Shown: piece by piece, positions 56,815-64,000 of the stretch
How the letters are laid out: each line of letters opens with the position of its first letter
How positions within the stretch are numbered: position 1 is the first letter of the stretch
Source of the DNA: Rhodoferax sp.
GTDB taxonomy: Bacteria; Pseudomonadota; Gammaproteobacteria; Burkholderiales; Burkholderiaceae_C
DNA length: 64,000 bases
Direction: 5' to 3'
NCBI GenBank assembly: GCA_020048895.1
Contig: JAIFLV010000088.1
Location: 20,182 to 84,181, forward strand
Notes under the pieces: generated by a model
The model's database searches: none
Seen by the model: the letters and a program-made list of their open reading frames with translations, nothing else
What the model was told of the DNA's origin: nothing
Translations under genes and position numbers: made by a program

Positions 56815-59049
56815 CTAAAAGCGCATGCTTAAAGCGAGGTGGATCGAGCGCCCCATGCCCGGCACGGTCGTGCCCCAGGGAATGCCGGTGCTGGTCATCG
56901 AGGCGCCTTGGCCAAGGTAGGCGCCACCCAGCGGCGGTGTGTAGTTGCGGTTGAGCAGGTTCTCGACACCTATATCCAGCCGTGTTTGTTGCCACTGGAC
57001 GCTGCTGCGCCAGTGGACGAGGCCATAACCTGCCGTGGGTATCTCGTTGCGAACGCGTGAGACGTCGGTCTTGGCTGCTACGAGTTGCACTTCGGCGGTG
57101 TTGGTCCAGTCGCCCCAGGTTTGCATGACTGCCAACTTGGCATTGAGCGGCATGATGTTGTAAAGATGGTCACCTGTGCTGCGATTCTCACCGCGGACAT
57201 AGCTCAGCGTGCCGGTTGCCTTGAAACTGCCAGTATCCGCCGTGGCACCCAGGTGCGCCTGGCCCGACAGATCAAAACCGACCAGGCGTGCCATGTGATT
57301 CACATACTGCAGATTGACGAAACCGCTGCTGGCCGTGAGGTTGGCGGTGCCGCCGCATTGCCCGAAATTGCAGCGCTGTGCATCGATGAAATCCTGCACC
57401 TCTGTGATATGGCCTTTCGCCTGCACGCCCCACACGGTCTGGTCGGCATCGTGCCAGTCAGCGCTGACGCTCAGCGTGTGTGCGACTTCCGGTGTCAGGT
57501 CAATGTTGCCGATGTAGCCGTTGCCGTCGCCCACAAAATTGTTCATGAGCGATGCCATGGGCTGTGTGGACCAGGCGTAGCGCTGGTAGAGATTCGGCGA
57601 GTGGGACTTGCGCGCAAAGCCCGCGTCAAAGCTGGCACTGGCTTGTGGCACGTAACGCATCAAGGCAGTGAAGTCCAGATTGTGGTCCGTGCGAACTCGA
57701 TCCAGAGCGTTGAATGCCGCTGCATCACTGGCCCAGATGGCCTGCGCGTTGTAACCCTGGACTGGCCCGGTGTTGGTGCTGACGGTCTCATGCCGGAGTC
57801 CGAGCTGCGTGCGCCATTGGGTGTCCCACAGCGCCTCCCATTCCGCAAACAGTCCGGCCCGGTCGCGCGTGCCGTAGTCCATATTCCAGAATGTTCTAGG
57901 CCCCATGACACCGCCCGCCTGCGGCCACCAGTCGTACAGCGAATAGTTCAGCGCTTCAGCACCAACCCGAATGGTTGTCCGGTCAGACCAGGCAATGTCG
58001 GCCTGGGCCAGTGCCCCTCGGGTCTTGGCCTTGGTGTTCATCGGCATGCCCAGCGTGCCGTAGGAGAACCTGTCTGGCCCCATGTTCATAAAGTGCTCAG
58101 TGTCTTGCCCGTAAGTGCGCGCCTGTAGGCCGCCCCAGGGGAACTTGCCGGTGTAGCGCAGGTTGGCCTGCGTACTGTCATTGCCCGTCATGTCCATGCG
58201 CTGGTTGGGGAAGCCTTCAAACGGAAGGCGTTGGCTGCCCACGTTGAGCTGCAGCAAGTGCCCATCGTTGTGGACCGCCAACGCGATATCCTGGTTCTTT
58301 GCCGTGTAGGCGCTGGAGCCCACCTCGTTACCTGCAAGCCATGCGCCGCCTGATGTACCAGGCCCAGCGGCCTTGAAATCACCACCAGCCAGGTAATTGG
58401 ACGTCTGTGCGCTGGAAGATCGGTAGCCTATATGAATGTTCTGGCTGGCGTAGGTCGCACCCAGGTTGAAACCCCAGGCCCGACCATTGCTGCGGTAAAA
58501 GGTGCCCGCCTCGCCCTGGGTCAGCCTCGCGTCGGCTCTATCTGCGAACTCGGGGGGCGCCGATTGCACCTGGATCGTGCCGCCAATGCTGTCCCCACCT
58601 ACGCTCACGGGCGTGATGCCGGCAAAGACGGAAATGCTACCGACCCGGCTGGGGTCGATGTACGAAAGCGGCGAGTTCATGTGGTTGGGGCAAGCCGCCA
58701 TCAGGTCCATGCCATCGACCTGAATGCGCAGACGGTCATCGGCCAGGCCATGAATCACCGGCAGACTGGAGACGCCTCCGGCACCATACAGGCTCACGCC
58801 GGGCACGTCCTGCAATAGTTGGGCCGTGTCACTGGTAGCGGCGCGCCGGGAGATCAACGCGTCCTTGCCCACCAGAGTGCTTCCGAGGGGTAGGGAGGGC
58901 AATCGGGTGCCTGTGATGACCACTTCGCCCAGGTGCGATGGCGACTGGGCATGCACCCCGCTGGAAGCCACTGCCACAGCCCATGCAAGACTGTTTAGCA
59001 TCGGAGTGGTCAACGTGGCCAAGCGTCGCGAAATGCACGTGGTTTTCAT
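56815..59049 (-). CDS. TonB-dependent receptor, OprC-like copper motif
   Basis: TonB box EVVITG, plug ACPNHM (CxxxM), GVENLLNRNY, C-terminal F; Met-rich loops. Confidence 0.93.
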   Translation of the reverse strand: MKTTCISRRLATLTTPMLNSLAWAVAVASSGVHAQSPSHLGEVVITGTRLPSLPLGSTLVGKDALISRRAATSDTAQLLQDVPGVSLYGAGGVSSLPVIHGLADDRLRIQVDGMDLMAACPNHMNSPLSYIDPSRVGSISVFAGITPVSVGGDSIGGTIQVQSAPPEFADRADARLTQGEAGTFYRSNGRAWGFNLGATYASQNIHIGYRSSSAQTSNYLAGGDFKAAGPGTSGGAWLAGNEVGSSAYTAKNQDIALAVHNDGHLLQLNVGSQRLPFEGFPNQRMDMTGNDSTQANLRYTGKFPWGGLQARTYGQDTEHFMNMGPDRFSYGTLGMPMNTKAKTRGALAQADIAWSDRTTIRVGAEALNYSLYDWWPQAGGVMGPRTFWNMDYGTRDRAGLFAEWEALWDTQWRTQLGLRHETVSTNTGPVQGYNAQAIWASDAAAFNALDRVRTDHNLDFTALMRYVPQASASFDAGFARKSHSPNLYQRYAWSTQPMASLMNNFVGDGNGYIGNIDLTPEVAHTLSVSADWHDADQTVWGVQAKGHITEVQDFIDAQRCNFGQCGGTANLTASSGFVNLQYVNHMARLVGFDLSGQAHLGATADTGSFKATGTLSYVRGENRSTGDHLYNIMPLNAKLAVMQTWGDWTNTAEVQLVAAKTDVSRVRNEIPTAGYGLVHWRSSVQWQQTRLDIGVENLLNRNYTPPLGGAYLGQGASMTSTGIPWGTTVPGMGRSIHLALSMRF

Positions 59050-59073
59050 CGCTGGGATTCTAGGGAAGTGCGC

Positions 59074-59097
59074 GTTTGCGTTTGGTCAAACGCAGAC
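59074..59097. promoter_or_regulatory. Dyad (candidate operator) upstream of the TonB receptor
   Basis: GTTTGCGTTTG-GT-CAAACGCAGAC. Confidence 0.5.
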
Positions 59098-59267
59098 AGC
59101 GCCGAATATTCAGAGTATCCGGCGTCAATGCCGCCAGCGTCAGAAACATGGCAGCGATGGATGTCGCCGGAAACTCACCGCTGCGCTGTGGAAGTAGACC
59201 CGGCTCTTGAGCTTGTCGCTGAACGTCGTCTGCCAGACATTCTGCTTTTTGCCCCGACCTTCATGGT

Positions 59268-61205
59268 TTATCGCTCACACGTGAGGTTTCGATCATGGGC
59301 CATCTTTCGGTACAAAGTCTGGCGGCTGACTCCCAGAATGCGCGCGGCATGGGAGACATTTCCCTTGGCGGACTCCAGCGCCTGTTGCATGGCGGTCTTG
59401 GCAAGGTCTTCAAGATTGGAGGAAGTTCGCAACGTAGGCACTGCCACCGTCGGCGGCGTGTGCGCCACCAGGTCTTCCACAACGTCATCCGCGAGGTGAC
59501 TCCAACCAATGCAATCTTCATGCGGATCGAGCATGGCGCTGGCGGTTCGCAAAACGCTGGCGAGTTGCCGCAAGTTACCCGGCCATCCGTGCTTCTCCAT
59601 TTTTTCCAGTACTTCCGTACCAAGGCGAACATTGCGATCAGGGTTCAGTCCTGCCAGCAATCTGTGAGTGAGCGCCTGAAAATCTGTTCGCTCGCGCAAT
59701 GGGGGGAGTTGAATGGTGAGACCGTTGATTCGGTAGTACAGGTCGTTGCGAAACCGGCCCTTGTCCGCCTCTTCGCGTAGTTTGGAATGGGTAGCACAGA
59801 CAAGAGCGAAGTCCACTTCCATCGAGCGCCCGCCACCGAGTGGAGTCACACAGCGCTCCTGCAGCACCCGCAGCAACCGGGTTTGCATGTTCAGTGGCAT
59901 GTCCCCGATCTCATCCAGAAACAGCGTGCCGCCGTTTGCCTCACGCAGGCGACCCAGGCTTCCTTCCTTTTTTGCCCCGGTAAACGCCCCGGGTGCATAG
60001 CCAAACAGCTCGGACTCGATCAGACTTTCGGGAATGGCTGCGCAGTTGATGGCAACAAACGGACCTGATCGGCGCGCGCTGGTGTCATGCATGGCACGGG
60101 CGAAGTATTCCTTTCCCACACCCGACTCTCCCTGAATGAGTACCGGTATCGGCTTGTTCAGCACGCGGCGCGCCTTGTCGGCCGCGTTGCGCCACCGCAC
60201 ATCGCCTGTATCCAGGCAGGAAAGCGCGTCGACGGGTGAACGATCGTGCTTTGCGGCTTGATGGATTCCATTTGTCGACCGCGCCTCTGGGGTATGTACA
60301 ACGGCAAACAGTGTGTGGGCGTTACGCGTTCGGATTTGCATCGGTAAACCGGGGTTGCGCCTGCAACGCGACAGCAACTCGTCCATCCGAAGGTCCACAG
60401 CGCGCTCGAGCGGCGTAACGCCTAAATTGGAACGATTGAGCTGTAGGCAGGTCATTGCAGCCCGGTTGGCACCGACAATCCAACCATCTTCAGAGACTGA
60501 AACGATGCCTTCGGCCACGGTACCAATGCCTTCAGGCTGTGCGTGCAGATGAATTCGGATTCCACGTGAGCCTTGAGCGACCATCAAGCGGTTCTCAATC
60601 ATCCGTGCAGCCGTGCTGACCAAGCCTAACGTATGGGGATGCCCGTTGTGCTGGTCTCCCGAGATGTCCAGGATGCCCATCAGCCCCCCCTTGGCAGACA
60701 TGATGGGTGAAGCGGCACAGGTAAGAAAGCTGTTGCGTTCCAAGAAGTGCTCCTGGCCATGGACTTCCACCCCCGTGCCTTCGGCGAGCGCGGTGCCGAT
60801 CGCATTGGTCCCGCGTTGCGACTCGTGCCACGATGCTCCTGACGCTAAAGCAACCCGCTGCGCTTTATCAAGAAAGACAGCGTCACCCAGGGTGTGCATC
60901 AAGGTGCCCCGGTTGTCCGCAAGGACCACGACATTCTGGTTATGGCGCACCTGTTCAAACAAGTACTCCATCACCGGCCGGGAGTGGGCCAGCAGTTCGT
61001 GGTTTTGCATCAAGATCTGGCGCAATTCATTTCCGCTGCTGTGATCTGGCATCTGCAAGCGACCATCTGGTAGCAGGCCCGCGGCCATGCTGCGACTCCA
61101 GGAGCGTGCGATGCGCCCATCGAGCCCACTTTCGGGTACAGATCCAAATTCCATGAGATGCTCGCGAGCATGATGGACGGCCAAAGCGTGTTGGGGGGTG
61201 TGCAC
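59268..61205 (-). CDS. acoR: Sigma54-dependent enhancer-binding protein, AcoR-like (GAF-AAA+-Fis HTH)
   Basis: RGTNAIGTAL GAF, GESGVGKE, ESELFGYAPGAFTGA, LFLDEIGD, WPGNLRQL, HTH; GTG start after AGGAG. Confidence 0.9.
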   Translation of the reverse strand: MHTPQHALAVHHAREHLMEFGSVPESGLDGRIARSWSRSMAAGLLPDGRLQMPDHSSGNELRQILMQNHELLAHSRPVMEYLFEQVRHNQNVVVLADNRGTLMHTLGDAVFLDKAQRVALASGASWHESQRGTNAIGTALAEGTGVEVHGQEHFLERNSFLTCAASPIMSAKGGLMGILDISGDQHNGHPHTLGLVSTAARMIENRLMVAQGSRGIRIHLHAQPEGIGTVAEGIVSVSEDGWIVGANRAAMTCLQLNRSNLGVTPLERAVDLRMDELLSRCRRNPGLPMQIRTRNAHTLFAVVHTPEARSTNGIHQAAKHDRSPVDALSCLDTGDVRWRNAADKARRVLNKPIPVLIQGESGVGKEYFARAMHDTSARRSGPFVAINCAAIPESLIESELFGYAPGAFTGAKKEGSLGRLREANGGTLFLDEIGDMPLNMQTRLLRVLQERCVTPLGGGRSMEVDFALVCATHSKLREEADKGRFRNDLYYRINGLTIQLPPLRERTDFQALTHRLLAGLNPDRNVRLGTEVLEKMEKHGWPGNLRQLASVLRTASAMLDPHEDCIGWSHLADDVVEDLVAHTPPTVAVPTLRTSSNLEDLAKTAMQQALESAKGNVSHAARILGVSRQTLYRKMAHDRNLTCER

Positions 61206-61320
61206 TGTGTCTCCTGGACAGACTTTTGTCTGTTCTCTATTGTCAAAACCGGCTTGATCGTACTCAAGGCCATCAACCCTGACGATATGTAATGCCATGC
61301 ATAGAGACCCGGTAGGTGAT

Positions 61321-61339
61321 GTGTCACTTTTTGTGACAC
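61321..61339. promoter_or_regulatory. Candidate AcoR upstream activating sequence
   Basis: Perfect dyad GTGTCAC-TTTTT-GTGACAC followed by another TGTCAC half-site, about 100 bp upstream of the -24 box. Confidence 0.65.
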
Positions 61340-61435
61340 CTGTCACGATTTACACCACCGAACGGTCATTCGGGTTAACCCGAAAGCCGAAAAAAATTGT
61401 GTTTGAAATCAACGGCCTAGAAAAGTTGAACGGAT

Positions 61436-61450
61436 TGGCATGGGAATTGA
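61436..61450 (+). promoter_or_regulatory. Sigma54 -24/-12 promoter candidate
   Basis: TGGCATG-GGAA-TTGA (consensus TGGCACG-N4-TTGC); correct spacing, -12 GA instead of GC. Confidence 0.55.
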
Positions 61451-61509
61451 GAAGTAGAAGTACCCGCAAGGGAAATTCTTGAACCCATTTACAACTTCCG
61501 GAGACTTTC

Positions 61510-63030
<1,521 letters not shown>

Positions 63031-63098
63031 TCGAACCCCCTGAGCCGCGCCCGCGTTCTGGGATGAGGCATTGCGCTCCGGCGCAGCGCCCAATACCG

Positions 63099-63176
63099 AA
63101 CGCGACGGCCGGATAGGGCTGGCACCGATTTGTGGTACCCCACCATGAGGTGCCTGCCCTATCCGGTTGTCGCGTT
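63099..63176 (+). repeat. 28-bp-stem hairpin between aldB and DUF779
   Basis: AACGCGACGGCCGGATAGGGCTGGCACC ... GGTGCCTGCCCTATCCGGTTGTCGCGTT. Confidence 0.8.
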
Positions 63177-63214
63177 GCGAACGCCAACAAAAGTTCTTTG
63201 AACAGGAAACAAGC

Positions 63215-63577
63215 ATGGTTGACAAAGTTGTAGCCACCCCCGCAGCACTGGAACTGGTGGCGTTTCTCAAGACCAAGCATGGACCTGATCTGATGTTTCA
63301 CCAGTCAGGGGGATGTTGCGACAACAGCGCTGCAAACTGCTTTCTGCCAGGAGAAATCACCATGGGGGCGGGTGATGTTTACCTGGGGGATATAGGTGGC
63401 AGCCCGTTCTACATTGGCAAGGCGCAGTATGAATACTGGAAGCACACCCAACTCATCATTGACGTGATTGAGGGCACGGGCGGCACGTTCTCACTCGAAG
63501 GTCCAGAGGGAAAAGCGTTTCATACACGCTCCAGAGTTTTCACTACTGAAGAAATGAACGAGCTATTGGGCAAATGA
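63215..63577 (+). CDS. DUF779 family protein
   Basis: FHQSGGCCD, QYEYWKHTQLIIDV, FSLEGPEG; usual partner of AldB. Confidence 0.92.
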   Translation: MVDKVVATPAALELVAFLKTKHGPDLMFHQSGGCCDNSAANCFLPGEITMGAGDVYLGDIGGSPFYIGKAQYEYWKHTQLIIDVIEGTGGTFSLEGPEGKAFHTRSRVFTTEEMNELLGK

Positions 63578-63715
63578 TTGGCGCTCACGACGTGCGGGAT
63601 ATGCCCATTGGTGTGCCAGCTTGGTATTTGAAAACTACGGGAGCCGTGGAACCAGTGCTTTTGTTGCTGTGCTGAGCTGGTGTGAGTCGTTCGGTTTGGC
63701 CCCAAGTCTGGGTCA

Positions 63716-64000
63716 CTAACCACTGCATCGGCCAAGGGCTGTTTTCAGCCACTGCGTATCCACGGCGCCCACCCTGGATAAACAGATTCTGTGCTGTGCA
63801 TCCAGTACGACCGTATAGGGCAATGCACCTTTGGCGTTGCCAAATCGCCGCAGCAAACCGTCCGACTGTGCCGGCGCGCTTAGCTGCAGATAGGCGATGC
63901 GGTGCCGCTCCACAAAGCGCCGGGCACGCGACGCTTCCTCGGTGGCAATACCGATTACCGGGATTTCGGCATGCGTTTGTGAAAACTCGGACAACACCGG
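63716..64000 (-). CDS. TlpA/thioredoxin-like protein, C-terminal part (5'-truncated)
   Basis: PVLSEF, VIGIA, FGNAKGALPYTVVLD cis-Pro region; CxxC would lie outside the window. Confidence 0.7.
   Translation of the reverse strand, partial: PVLSEFSQTHAEIPVIGIATEEASRARRFVERHRIAYLQLSAPAQSDGLLRRFGNAKGALPYTVVLDAQHRICLSRVGAVDTQWLKTALGRCSG

Noticed and set aside
50805-59049. Methanobactin precursor or biosynthesis genes (mbnA, mbnB, mbnC)
   Set aside because: No short Cys-rich precursor with a leader and no DUF692 gene seen.
59170-59264. Third CruR-like leader (MKVGAKSR..., 29 aa) before the TonB receptor
   Set aside because: No TM, CxxC or R(A/G)PP motif.
61206-61346. Extended AcoR N-terminus from ORF start 61346
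   Set aside because: Overlaps the enhancer dyad; GTG at 61205 has a clear AGGAG SD.

Overview
GC-rich betaproteobacterial chromosome segment. Gene content and order look like Comamonadaceae (Rhodoferax-like); this is inference, not a database result. Left to right: partial tamB; a hypothetical gene behind a sigma28-like promoter; an Ig/RCC1-repeat lipoprotein; a 5'-nucleotidase; a near-complete type II secretion cluster (gspF-E-D-N-M-L-K-J-I-H-G, divergent gspC; no prepilin peptidase gene); ilvA with a PIN toxin-antitoxin pair directly upstream; osmC-like, coq7; two tandem porins around an orphan DUF2442 gene; M20 amidohydrolase; isolated hypCDE; a candidate ~190-nt sRNA; hexR-zwf / GGDEF-tal-pgi; ycaQ-like, HAD, alkaline phosphatase; groESL with CIRCE; small orphan genes; pap (PPK2), selD, cbiX-like, cysK; nikR plus a Ni/Co ECF transporter. 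A ~8.3 kb putative copper-acquisition island follows: two CruR-like DUF2946 leaders, PCuAC, MbnP/MbnH, a Crp/Fnr-like regulator, an OprC-like TonB receptor, and an Ig-stalk lipoprotein with an uncharacterised Met/Cys-rich tip. The window ends with acoR-aldehyde dehydrogenase-DUF779 and a partial TlpA. Several families of short palindromic repeats are scattered through it; some sit in frame inside gspD, pgi and the 5'-nucleotidase or supply stop codons. No rRNA, tRNA, CRISPR array or transposase was recognised. Alternative start sites were chosen by eye.
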